A DNA stretch of 64,000 bases, taken from Camelus ferus (taxonomy: Eukaryota). The notes under the pieces were generated by a model. That model was not told the DNA's origin, made no database searches, and saw only the letters and a list, made by a program, of their open reading frames with translations. The translations under genes and the position numbers were made by a program. Below are positions 1 to 12,379 of this stretch, one piece after another. How positions within the stretch are numbered: the stretch's first letter is position 1; each line of letters begins with the position of its first letter. The DNA is taken from NCBI RefSeq assembly GCF_009834535.1, contig NC_045697.1, forward strand, positions 112,718,001 through 112,782,000, in the 5' to 3' direction.

Positions 1-1255
1 TGTCGGATCTGTATTTGAAATATCTGACTGGTTGATTATCCTCATGTTCTGATAATTAGCGATGACATTTCTGGAGGAAGGGATAAGGTTATTGAATTGA
101 CACTCTTGCGTTGGCTGAATTTGTTTTAACTGTTTAGCACAGTTTCATCCAGTAAAATGTCTGTTCAATATATGAAGCAAGTCTCTTAGGTTAAAAGCCA
201 AAAGCCACCTTTTAGTTGACGGTCTGTTAAATTACTTTTGTATCACCACCGTAATTGTCAGCTGTAATGATTAGGCAGAATAATCCATGAATACAGCTTT
301 GTGATTCCACCTTAGGAAACCAGCAACTCACATGCAGAAACACCTGGTTTCTCTGTGTCTGATGCAGCCTACAGGAATAAAATTTAATTTAACGATCCAG
401 TAATTCTTTAAAGATAAAAAATGAAATGCCTTTCCACACTGCAGTTACCAACTTGTCAACTTTCACAGACACATTGTCACACCAACCAAATTTTATTACA
501 CATATTGCAATGAGACGGCAAACAAAAGTTGGTTGCCTTGTTCTCATGGGGCGATTAATTTCACCTGCTGAAATTAGACAAAGCAGCACCCTTTGGTGAG
601 CATAACATGTGTGATGTTGCTACTGCTTTTCGCTGTGCAAGAAGAAACTTAAAAGTTAATGCAGTTACACGCACAGTGTTTTATCAAAGTCTGGAACCAC
701 ATTATTCACAGTATTTTCTTGAATGCCTTATGATTAGCTCTGCTGCCACTGGCTTGTATTAATTCTTTGACAGAGATCTACTTACACTTAGTGAAAGACA
801 TTGAAGAAAACACGTTCCTTTACCCAGTCCTTATGCAGTGTAGGCTAATCTTTGCATTACTACAATACATCGATTTGGGGCACACAGTAAATGCAAAGCA
901 GAGATTAAAAATAAGTCTGCTTCTTATAAAAAATATTTTAAGTGTATTTAAAAAGTGACTTTATGCCACCTTCTTATTTAAAAGGAACCAAGTGATGTTT
1001 TCTGATTAGATTAAAGGTGTCTTTCTCAAGTTATCTACTTTTCTTTAGAAATAAAAATACTTGCCTTTCTACTCAAATGTTTATTTTGTATTCAGGGTGG
1101 GGATTCACCACCCCAGCTTTCTTTCCTGAGATCCCAAAGAAGGATTATATAAAAATACAAAAAGGAATAAATCCGTAATAGCAAAAAGAGATTTCAACAA
1201 ATTTCAAAAAAGGGGAAAGCAGAATTTATTTCGTTTCTGTATCAGTTTTTTATAA

Positions 1256-1403
1256 CTATTTTTTTGCAGGGCGAGGGGTGAGGTAATTGGGTTTATTTAT
1301 TTATTCATTTATTTTTTTTAAATGGAGATACTGGAGATTGAACCCAGGACCTCATGCATGCTAAGCATGCACTCCACCACCAACCTATACCCTCCCCTCC
1401 ACA
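1256..1403 (-). mobile_element. tRNA-Ala-derived SINE (Vic-1-like)
   Basis: Reverse complement reads GGGGAGGGTATAGGTTGGTGGTGGAGTGCATGCTTAGCATGCATGAGGTCCTGGGTTCAATC, then an AAAT-rich tail. TSD tatcagttttt(t/g)ataa at 1240-1255 and 1404-1419. Confidence 0.9.
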
Positions 1404-1594
1404 TATCAGTTTTGATAAGACATGTTTTTCTAGAAATATGGTCATTTCACCCACATGAGAGTAGATTCTCAAAGTTATTAATATAAAATTGGTCATATTA
1501 TTTTTTATTGTGTATAATGCCATCTTTTCCTTTCTGATATGAGTATTTGGGGCTGGTCTCTTTTTATCATGATATTTCTTGCTAGTTTTGACTA

Positions 1595-2370
1595 AATCAG
1601 TTGATTTGGATTGTTTCCACTTCTTGGCTATTTTAAACATATAAGCGTATAAGCATATGAATATTACAAACATTCATATACAACTATTTATATGAACATA
1701 TATTTTCATTTTCTTGGCTAGGTACTAGAATTGTTTGGTCATATGGTAACTCTACGTTTAACAATTTGAGGAACTGCCAAAATGTTTCTCATTGTGACTG
1801 CATCATTTTAAATTCCCACCAGGAGTATATGAGGGTTTCAGTTACTCCAGATTCTCTCCAGCATTTGTTATTGTCTGTCTTTCTGGTTGTTAGCCATTCT
1901 GCTGGGTTTGATGTGATTATTATGATTTTGATTTTTAATTTGCTGAATGACTAATTGATGGTGAGCATCTTTTCATATGTTGAACAGCCACCTGTGTATC
2001 TTCTTTGGAGCAATGTCTGTTCAATTGTCTCTTTATTACTGAATTGTTGAAGTTCTTTCTATGTTCTAGACAAAAACTGCCTATTTTATATTTAAATATA
2101 TATATATTTCCTTATGGATTGTCTTCCCACTTTCTTGATGGTGTCCTTTGAAATCAAACTATCAATTTTCTCTTTTATTGCTTGTGCTGTTAGTGTTGTA
2201 TCTGAGAAATCACTGCCTAACCAGATTGCAAAGATTTATTCCTGCGTCTTCTTCTAAGAGTTTTATGGTTTTAACTCTTTCATTTAGATCTATGAGCTAC
2301 TTTGAGTTAGTCTCTGTGCATGGTCTGAAGTAGGGATTCACAGTGATTCTTCTGAACGTGGGTATCCCTG
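1595..2370 (-). mobile_element. Old L1 (L1M-type) ORF2 3' part fragment
   Basis: Antisense L1 motifs ttggattgtttccac, tttgaggaactgccaaa, gagcatcttttcatatg, tcttctaagagttttatggtttta. Confidence 0.8.
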
Positions 2371-2429
2371 CAATCGACTTGTTTTAGCCCCGTCTGCTGC
2401 TAATAACTAGAAAAGAAGAGATGTAAAGA

Positions 2430-3390
2430 CTGTTTTTCTCCTTAGTTAGTAGTCTTGGCCTTTGTATATTTGTTTTTAATTTAATTATTTTGTCCTTTTG
2501 ATTTATTGCTTTCTTTCTTCTATTTACTTTGGTTTCAGTTTTGTCATTTATTTTCTAGTTTCTTCAGATAGATATTTAGATGATTGAGTATCAACTTTCT
2601 TCTTTTCTAATATAGGCATTTTTAAGGCTATAAATGTCCCTGTAAGTGCAGCTTTTCCTTTGTCACTTACGTGATACAGGAAATATATTGTTTATTTCTT
2701 AGCTTTTAAACTTTGGAGGATTTTTCTGGTTATCATTTTATTATTGATTTCAGTCCTTTTACATTTGTTCAGATTGCTTTATGTCCCACCAAATGGTAAT
2801 TCTGCTACATGTTCAAGGTCCACATTCTCTTGGAAAGAATGTGCATGTTGCAATTATCAGGTGCAATGTTTTGTGAAAATCAGTTAGCTCAAGTTAGTCA
2901 ATAATGATTTTCAAAGACCCTAGACCCTCACTGATTTTCATTTTGTCTGCTTGTTCTAGCATTTCAAGAGTGGTGTGCTAATATTCTCCGCTATGATTAT
3001 AAGTTTCTCTTTTTTAATTTTGCCAATTTTGCTTTATATAATAATTTAACTAGTTGTTTTATAAAATTTTAATTCTATCCTTCTTGTGTTCTGACCATTT
3101 TATCAGTATAAAATCTTCTTTAATCACAGTAATGATTGTTTCCTTAAGGTCTTCTTTGATATTTATTTAGCTAAACTTTTTTTGTTGAGTTTTTGTATGA
3201 TGTATCTTTTTTGCACTATTGACACTTTTATTTTCCTCTATTATTACATGTCAGTTGTGTCTATAGCTTTTAATAGCTGTACTTTTTTTATCCACGTGGA
3301 AACATTTGCTTTTTAATTGAGTTTAGTCTGGTGATTTTAATTTTGGTGTTTAAATCTGCTATGTTATTATTTTTGTGCGTGTGCGAACTG
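2430..3390 (-). mobile_element. Highly decayed L1 ORF2 fragment
   Basis: T-rich antisense L1 motifs tcttttctaatataggcatttttaaggctataaat and ttggaaagaatgtgcat. Boundaries approximate. Confidence 0.65.
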
Positions 3391-4309
3391 TTTCTTGTTC
3401 CTATTACTTTAGTTTGAGTGACACTCTGCCACTTCCTACCTGTGTAATCATGGGCAAACTAAGGCTCAGGCTGTTTTAATCATTTGATTAAGTCTAATAG
3501 CACTGGATCAAGAGTTCAATCCTGCTAGCTCCCAATACTGCCTCTAATTGTGATTCATGGTATTTTCAGTTCTGAATCTGCCACCTACTACTAGCGGTGT
3601 GTTTTTAAGTTAGACACTCAGCCTCCCTGTGACTGTAAGTACATGGTGTTTTAATGTCCTTTCCACCAGAAAAAAAAATGCATTCTTATCTCTCCAAAGC
3701 AATCCTGTGGTATGTTCATAGCAATTATTAAAATCCACATTAGGGTGGTTTGCTTCAACTTGTTTGCCTAAATTCGGCCTCCTTAATTTGTTCTCCAGTT
3801 ACTCTGTGAGTTTTCCAAGGGGCTTATTGTCTCGAGCTCAGAAATAATTCTCTCATATTCTTCCATCATAGCCCTCAGGTCAAGCAGCCTCTGAGTCCTT
3901 TGCTGTCAGTGGTCCACTTGGCATCACTCTTTGGGGAGAGAACACTTTCCTCTGCTGGTGATTTCTGTTTCTACTACTCTGTTAGCTTTGGCCAAAGGGA
4001 CTCTTCTCATTCCTTGTCTCTGTCTATCTTATTCCAGAAGTGACACTTCTTTCTTCATAACAGAGAGACCGAGGTGCCTCCTCTAACAAGCCCTAAGTGC
4101 AGAGTGAAGCATCAGTGTGCATCAGATAATAAACTACGGCTATCCTCTAGGTATGGATCTGAAAATAGATCCCTAAAAAGCCAGCTCCCCCCAATTACAT
4201 GAAAGCTTGTCACTGCAGACATTCTGGAGAGCCTCATGCTAATTCCTGACACTGAAAAAGAAATAAATATTTCACTCAATCTTGCCCAAGACCACCATAT
4301 GTTGCCATC

Positions 4310-4470
4310 ACCAGCCTATTCCAAGGGGCTCTGTGCTAAGCCAAGTCAGTTCATTTTAATTTTTTCTCTTAAGAGACCCTTTATTATATTATTTTTCCCA
4401 TCTTGAAGATGGGGAACTGAGATGAAGATATTTTAAGCAAATTTTTCCTTGTCACTAAGCCAGGTAATAA
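4310..4470 (-). mobile_element. MIR fragment
   Basis: cccatcttgaagatggggaactgag resembles the antisense MIR core (cccattttacagatgaggaaactgag). Confidence 0.55.
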
Positions 4471-4841
4471 TAAAGAAAAAGAATCTTTCTCTAATTATAT
4501 TATATTATAAACTCTTTATATTAAAGTACTTACATATGCATTTGTAAAATACATGTGAAATCCTCAAGTTTGAGACATATAGCCAAAATCCATAGATGAA
4601 TTACACTACTCATCTGCCTGCTTGTCTAGAAAGATTTCTGACTCTGGGATTTTAAAAACCCTGTATATGATCATGTGTGGTGCATAGTGGGTGCTCAGTT
4701 AATGTCTTTTGATGGACTATTATGCAGCTATTGAAAATAAGGGTTATAAAAATGATGTAACCACTTAGGGAAAAATCTAATGATATGATGTTTTCAAAAG
4801 TCATGATATTGAAATAGAAAATATTCTTTATATGTAAAGTC

Positions 4842-5443
4842 TTCCACATATGAGTGATCTCATATGGTTTTTTTCTTTCTCTTTCTGGCTTACTTCACTT
4901 AGAATGAAGATCTCCAGGTCTATCTATATTTCTGTAAATGGCATTATTTTATTCTTTTTTATTACTGAGTAGTATTCCATTGTGTATATATACCATATGA
5001 TATCACTTATATGTGGAACCAAAAAAAAAAAAAAAAAGAAAGAAAAAAGAGGGCACTAATAAACTCATCTACAAAACAGAAATAGACTCATAGATATAGT
5101 AAACAATTTTATGGTTACCAGGGGGAAGGAGGTGGGAAGGGATAAATTTGGGAGTTTGAGATTTGCAAGAGTTAACCACTATATATAAAAACAGATAAAA
5201 AAACAAATTTCTTCTGTATAGCACAAGGAGCTATATTCAATATCTTGTAATAACCTTTAATGAAAAAAATACACAAACAAATATATGTATGTATATGCGT
5301 GACTGGGACATTGTGCTGTACACCAGAAATTGACACATTGTAACTGACTGTACTTCAATTAAAAAAATACATAAAGGCTAATGGAAGACATGCAAAACTA
5401 AAAATAAATTTGTCAAAAAAGCAAACAAAAAATTAAAAAAAAA
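4842..5443 (+). mobile_element. Young 5'-truncated L1 with 5' inversion (twin-priming type)
   Basis: 4842-4990 is an antisense L1 3' region. 4990-5360 is sense L1 3' UTR ending acattgtaactgactgtacttcaatt plus an A-rich tail. An 18-bp direct repeat lies at 4652-4669 and 5444-5461. Confidence 0.9.
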
Positions 5444-7182
5444 TTAAAAACCCTGTATATGGTCTTACCTGTTCCAATACATTGATTATAAATGATTGTA
5501 AGAATACTATCCTACTTATTATACTGGACTTTTTTTTTTTTACTATAAACATAATAATATAAGTATTTGTGTACATTTACAGTAATAGCTTGTGTCTGCC
5601 TATCCAGAATGCTGCCCTGATCTGAGTAGGTGCCTTGGACGACAAGGTATAACCATAGAAGTTGGCTTAAGATCTAGTGTGTGAAGAAGAACTTTATTTT
5701 CTCTCAACACTTTATGGAAATCAAGCAAGCATAATATATCATGTCTGTCCTATTTTAGTTATATATGTCAGAAAAACTATTTGAAAGTACAAAAGCAGTC
5801 TGTGTAATTTCTCTAATTAGCAGGGTTATTTGATAGGTTTTATCAGGTGACCAACTCCTGCTACTTAGTCCCCTAAGGATAGAACTTTGAGGTACATGAA
5901 AGCAAGGTTGGTTTTTACATGCTTTTATTTCTGTGCCAAATATGAAATTAACTGAGGTGCTGATTTACAAGTACAGTTGTTTGTTCTGTTTTGTTCTTGA
6001 TCAAGAACATATTGTCTCTTTCTCTTGGAAAACAAAGGAATGAAGTGCAAAAAAGGTGTCACAACTTTAAAAAATATAACACATACAATGGCTTATGTTC
6101 ATTGCCTTTTGCTTGTCAGAGTGGCTGAAAAGGGAGACCGGGTTCCCACGTGTTCCTGCAGCTCACGCGTCGGTGCGGACTTGATAACGAATCTGCAGTT
6201 GGCTGTGTGTTTCTAACCACTTGCAGAAAGTGTTGAGTGATTTTACTCAAGGGTGTCCACAATACACTGAAAACCACATTATTCCACTGTAATTGTCCCC
6301 ATTTCCATGGAAACCTCTGACTCACATCCACTTTATTCAGTTGTCTTTCTAAATAAAATAATACACTCCAAACCATTATGCTTTCTCATAGAAAAGTCGC
6401 CCAGACCACCTGGTCTAAGATAAAAAGAGTGAATAATATTTTGGATCAAGCTTTAAACTGAGCTAGATGAAGGCAATTAAATCTAGTTTTTCAAGTTTGG
6501 AGAGTTTTGTTACAAACCTTCCTAGTTTTTCCAACTGAGGTAAAATAACAATCAGAAAAACAACTCAATTTTCCACGTCCCTGTCGCATTAGCCCCTTTT
6601 ACTCTCACGTCAGTTACAGGTATGATGGGGGACTGATATCCTTAATTCCATTGTGTGAGCAGGAGGGGCTTGAACATTAAAGGAACTTATTCATGGTCGC
6701 CTAGCTCGTGAGGGACAAGACCAGCTCTGGAATCATGTCATTCTGACATTCCACTTTGCTGAGTCCTAACTTGTTTGTTCCTATGAGTTTGATGTCTGTT
6801 CTTATCTTTATGAAAGGCATCCGTCCCAAGGTACCCATTGGCCCAAATTAGAAAGCGCATCCTTTCCTGGTACCTCCAGTCCCTTACTCAGTGTCGTATT
6901 AAACCTACACACTACATCTTCCCAGTGTGTTCTCACTTCTGTTCATGCCTTCATCCCGCCTGCCCTGTAATGGTTCACCAGTCTCCTGAGTTGTCTTTCT
7001 GCTTCCAGGTGTTATTGTTTCTAATCTGTTTTGAATTTTGCTTCCAAGTTGTCTTCCCAGAACAGTAAGTAGAACCCAGTGCTCTGAAACCATTAGCGGC
7101 TCAGCTCTGCCTGCCGTGCAGACTCCGAGCTTGGTTGTGTGGCTTGGGAGGGAGGGCCTGCACCCTTAAGCTGTGCACTTAC

Positions 7183-7239
7183 GATCACGAATTCCTTGAG
7201 TGGTTTAAGCTCTGCCACACCGAAGAGTTGCCACATACC
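7183..7239 (-). other. Candidate 57-nt spliced exon of an unidentified transcript
   Basis: Minus strand: (gttttt)n gttttgcag|GGTATGTGG...TTCGTGATC|gtaagt. Open in phase 0 (GMWQLFGVAELKPLKEFVI); peptide not recognised. Confidence 0.3.
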
Positions 7240-7243
7240 CTGC

Positions 7244-7296
7244 AAAACAAGAACAAAAACAAAAACAAAAACAAAAACCAAAACAAAAACAAAAAC
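7244..7296. repeat. (AAAAAC)n microsatellite
   Basis: Directly visible imperfect hexamer array. It explains the low-complexity overlapping ORFs at 7093-7501. Confidence 0.95.
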
Positions 7297-9433
7297 CCAC
7301 AAGAATGCTGGCCGGGGGAAGCTCCCACCTGAAGAAGAGAAAGTACAGAGGGGTGAGGAGATGAATTTGGGGGCTGACAAATTCCTTTGGACCATTGCCT
7401 GTTGTAGGCCATTGTCTGCATGAGTAGCTGCCCTGCTTCCCTTTTCCCTGAAACCTTTGATTTGGCCATTTGGCTTTCTTTTGTCCTTTAATTCTGTCCA
7501 TGATTTAGTAAATAGACTGACTTTAGACTGTAGACCTAGTTCAACTTCTTTGGGTGTTGTGCCTGGAAAATTCCCTTGGTTCTTAGAAGAGAAAATTCAG
7601 CTGAGCGGCATATGGTCCTCACTCCCTTTGTCAGTTGGGGTTCAGTACAGGAAACAGGAACTACTCTAGGAAATCAGTTAAGATGGGAATTAAGTTGTTG
7701 GAAGGGCTGAAGAATTTTTCAGCTGAATTTCTTGGAAATAATCCCCCAGCGACCCTCTTGGTCCCCCAAGGAGAGCACTGTTGCTCCCAGACCATGCTCG
7801 AGCAAACGCCCCGCCTACAGGGTTACAGTGGCCTGTCAGCATCTTTAAAAGTCATAGCAGGTGCTTCCCTGCTGCTACTGGGACACTTTTCACATCCAGG
7901 ATGGAAAGCAACAACTGCTTCACAAGCACCAGAAAGAAGACCTCACTTCAGCATTTCCAAATCTCAGGACAGCACGCAATTGATGGATGTAATTTACATG
8001 GAGAACTCTAGATGCAAGGGAATCTGGGAAATCCACTGTTGGCTTTCCACACCTGAAAGGAGGGAGGGTTGGAGGCTGAGTGGGTCAGTCCAGGGTCCTT
8101 AGCATCTTCCAACCCCAGCTCCCGTGCCGCTCATCTGTTAGCCCTAACATGCATTTCCTCTCCCCAACCCTGGCACTTTCTTTTTTCAGGCATAGAGTTT
8201 CCTCCTTTAGCCCAGCTTGACCCACCCATATAGTATGACGGTTCTGGTACTATATATATATTCTTTTTTTAAAGCAGAAAAAAAGAAGAAGAAATATTCC
8301 TAGGAGATCCGTGAAAACTCTTGAGTTGATCAGGCACTGTTAGATCTAGTCCGCATTTATCTTCCAGACTAATAAAACAGATAAGAAACTGAAGCTAAAT
8401 ATAAAATGAATCCCATTCCCAGGATGCTCACTTTTGGACACTCTAATTGAATTGTTCATGTTTCAGCCTGACCCACAGAATCCTGACATTCTGACACTGC
8501 TCCAGGCTCTACACAATATGTTTTAGAAACTCAGCCAAAACCTGGATTGACCAGATACAATCTATCAGCTATTTGAAAAATGAGTTTCAGAAAATTAGGA
8601 AGTCAGGCAAGGCCAAATTAATAACCTGTCTGCTGGAAAAGGTGAGAGGGTTATCTCCTGTGTGGTGAGATCTCCGGTGCAATTGTTTAAGCTAATTAAT
8701 TTACACACAAGTGTAGCTGTTCACACTGCCCTCGGCACAGATCTGTAAGCAAAAACCTATATTCATTAAGTACATTTGCACCTACCAAAGTGGAGCTGGC
8801 AGAAACTGCATTTACAAACAGAAGTGTAGGTTTTTAATGCTGGCGTGTGGGGTCACTATCTAGCCCTGGAGAAGGGCAGTCTTCCTTCCTTCTGCCCTCA
8901 CCTCTGGACTGGTGCCCACTTCCTAGAAACCCAGGGATGGGGGGCCACCGGGCAATGTGGCAAGAGCAACCTGGCAACTTCTGGATATTGAAGTGGGTGA
9001 CTGAGATCGTCACGTGTGAAAATGTGTAAGTCAAAAGAGAGAGTCACAGATACGCTAGTAACACATGACGTCTAGAGTAGGTTTCAGGAGGTGAGATCCA
9101 AGCAGCTTGAATTGGGGGTTTTATATTAGCTAACTGAGGTCCTCTAGTCTTTCTCTGCCTCCATACTGCAGAGTAAGGATGGAAAAACTGTTGTCATGGT
9201 GTGGTCGTGTTTCACCAGCTGTTTGGGGCATCCCTGAGTAAATGAAATTCTCAGGAAATCCACAGCGAAGAGGCACTGAGGAAATGTGCATCCAATGGCC
9301 AGAAATCATGCTGAATAAAAATGTCTCTTTCTTTCAAATGCCCTTTCCTCTTGCCCTCTTGGGTGTGAAGGGCTTCCGATGGGGATTTTATCTGGAGACC
9401 CCCAGACTCGAGGATGGACTCAGCCCCTCATCT

Positions 9434-9452
9434 TGGCCGCCAGGGGGCTCCT
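9434..9452 (+). promoter_or_regulatory. CTCF-binding motif
   Basis: TGGCCGCCAGGGGGCTCCT versus consensus TGGCC(A/G)CCAGGGGGCGC, with one core mismatch. Confidence 0.55.
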
Positions 9453-10024
9453 GTCCCAACTATTTGCAACTCTTGCAGCTCTCCTGCGCCCTGGGCTCCT
9501 TCATCTGAAGAGAATGACATTACCAGGATAAGAGCCCGGTGCTTCTGCTCTTCAATCTAGTGTAAAAGTAGCTCTGTGTTCACTGCCCAGAATCTCCAGA
9601 CTGCCTTCTGCTTTGGTTTAACAGGAGATTCACCATGTGAAGTTATAAATGTTTCTGATGGATTTGTCTTCAAAACAAATCTGGAACCCAAGCACTTGTT
9701 TTTTGACCCATTTTCTCCTAATATATAACAAAGTTTCACATGGCCAGAATAGCCAGTGTTCAGGGCTTGAGGGAGAAATTAAAATGGTGTTTTATCGTCC
9801 ATAGCGAGTTGTTTTACCACAGTGAGTAATTATTTTTTACCTTTTAAGTTGTTTTGAAAGCTTTGTGCATATGTGCATATAAAACTGAATACGTATTTTT
9901 TTTTCTATTTTTAATGCAGATACCCTCTATATCTTCCTCTCTTGACATCACTTTTACTTGCCTCACAAAAAGAACTTCAGGCACATCAATGAATGTGTTT
10001 TGTTTTTTTTTTTACCATAGTTTC

Positions 10025-10256
10025 TTTTTTTTTTTTAATTGAAGTCTAGTCAGTTTACAATGCATCCCTGAAGCAATCTAAAGATTTAATGCAATCCCTA
10101 TCAAATTACCCATGACAATTTTCAGAAGTATAACTAATAATCCTAAAATTTATGTGGAATTACAAAAGACCCAGAATTGCCAAAGCAATACTGAATAAAA
10201 AGAATGAAGCTGGAGGAACAACCCTCCCAGACTTCAGACAATACTACAGGGCTACA
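10025..10256 (-). mobile_element. Very short L1 insertion with inversion and large internal deletion
   Basis: Poly-T plus antisense L1 terminus (aattgaagtctagtcagtttacaatg, 10037-10062) is fused to a sense ORF2 piece (aagcaatctaaagatttaatgcaatccctatcaaa...acttcagacaatactacagggctaca). Confidence 0.8.
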
Positions 10257-10859
10257 CCGTGACATAGCTCATTTTTAGCCTGAGATAAAAGGATACATCC
10301 CGTCCTATCTGCCTCTCAAAACTGGTATGACAAAGAGTATAATATGGATATTTTTAGTTTCCATTGGGAATGGCAGCAAAAAAGGACTTTTTTTTATTAC
10401 TGATTCTCTTTTTCATTCTGAAAAATGAAAATATGTGTGTCTTCTCTATGCAAAGGGAATATGTGTATATAACCGTAGATTGTAGAAGATATTTTATAGG
10501 CATGAATTCTGAAGAGTAAAGTGTGAGGAAACCATAAATGTTACCTAGTTTTTCCTTCTGGGAATTGTGGGAGAGACCTCAACACTGTCATTTATCAGTG
10601 AGGTTTGCTAATATGCTTTCGTTTCTCTGTTGTGCCTCCTTTGTGCCTCTGCTGGGAACAAATTCCTACACTTCCTGGCCACTCCCTGAATTTGAATTAC
10701 CCATGGGGATACAGAGCTAAGCACAAATAGTGTATCTTCATGGCAACCTCTATCTTTTCAAAGCCGGGCTGCCCACATTATTTTGACAATACCGGTTGTT
10801 TGCTCATAGTATTTATTATGTTCTTTAATTATTTAATCAATGTATTATCTTCATTTTGT

Positions 10860-10978
10860 CTGTTCCCCTATGAACTCTGTGAAGCAGGGTGCATGTTGAT
10901 TTTGCTAAATATTGCGCCTTAGTGCCTAATACAACCCATGTCTAGAATCTCGGTAAATATTTATTAAATGAATAAATA
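10860..10978 (+). mobile_element. L2 3' end
   Basis: tatgaactctgtgaagcagg ... gtaaatatttattaaatgaataaat is a typical L2 tail. Confidence 0.65.
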
Positions 10979-12379
10979 CCACTCAAATATTCCATAGTTC
11001 AATGGAACTTTTGTTTACGTGCGACTGTAGGGTACTCATTTTCATAACTATGAGTTGGGGCAGCCACTTTATCAAATATTTCAAAATTTTCCATCAAGAA
11101 GGGCAGTCAGAAAGTTAAATTTCTAGAGTAAAATTTTAAATAGTAAGAAATTATGATTGTTTCTCTTGCGTTGCCATTTTCATAAACCAAAGGGAGAAGA
11201 AATGACTTTTCTGACATTTCTTGGGCACTAATACCTTTCAAAGATACCTTTATAGCTGATGAGTCTGTAAAGTGCAGGTAAATTGTCAAAGCCAGATTAT
11301 AAATTGCACCACAAAGGCTTCTAAATTACTGGACAATAATCTAGATACATTACACCAAGAAAGTTAATTAAATAGAGAGTAACATATTTCATGGTATTTT
11401 TTTCCCACATCTCCTAAAACCATATTGTTTTCCAACTAGTCCATTTTTCATGATTTCACATCTGTAAAAATTTCATGACAAAGCAAAGACTTCTCAGTGA
11501 TGGATGCGTGGAATGGGCTCAAAACATATCGCTTCCTATTTTCAATCACCGAGCAGAAATAGTTTTACTCATAGGTGGTAGAGCAGAAGCCAGTCCACAC
11601 CCACGACCTCTGCGGGAAGGGTGAAGAACACATTACACGTCTGGACAGCCAGGCATGCCTGGCTTTGATAAAGCCCACGTTCGTCCTAGGAAGAGGTGGA
11701 AGGGGCATTGGTGGGACCCTGATCCAAGTAGTTATTTCACTGAAAACCTGAAATCAGTGATTATCTCTTCAAGAGAAAACATTTCAGTGAGGAATAATCA
11801 ATAAATAAAGCATTTAAATGATGATTTGTGTAAATATGAAGCATGAGGTCAGCATTATACTTATTTCTAAATTTCTATAAAAAGGGAATATATTATCTAC
11901 ACTGACCATAATTTCTTTTTCTCAATTTCTATTGCTGAATCTTTAACTTAATTTTAAACATGTTTTTGGCTCAAAGTACATTGATTGTCTTTTATTAAAT
12001 TTAGAAAACCAAAATACAATTTTCCTGGAGGCTTAAAATTACTTGATCATCCTTATCAATAGTTTCCTATAGGTCACATTATCTCAGTGTATTTTAATTA
12101 CTTCTCCCGATCATTCTGCTTTGTAAATGTTTATGCTCTAGCAGAGATAATGCTGAAATTGTTGAGTCAGGATGGAAAACTGTCAACTCAGTTAATTATC
12201 TAAGACTAATTTAATGACCCCTGGTGTGGTTTTCAAAACAACAGCAATGGTTTATATTTGATTAGGAATTTGGTTAGGAAATTGTTTTTGTTGTAAGATT
12301 AGAAAAGTAATAGATCTCTTAAATCTCTGCTGTCCTAATGTTTACCTTGTATCTTTCATTAGATGAAATTCAAGTAGTG

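Noticed and set aside
7093..7501. Five overlapping ORFs suggesting a coding locus
   Set aside because: Their openness is produced by the stop-free (AAAAAC)n microsatellite.
7635..8102. Longest ORF (155 aa)
   Set aside because: Non-ATG start, no recognisable domain and no supporting exon structure; the length is compatible with chance.
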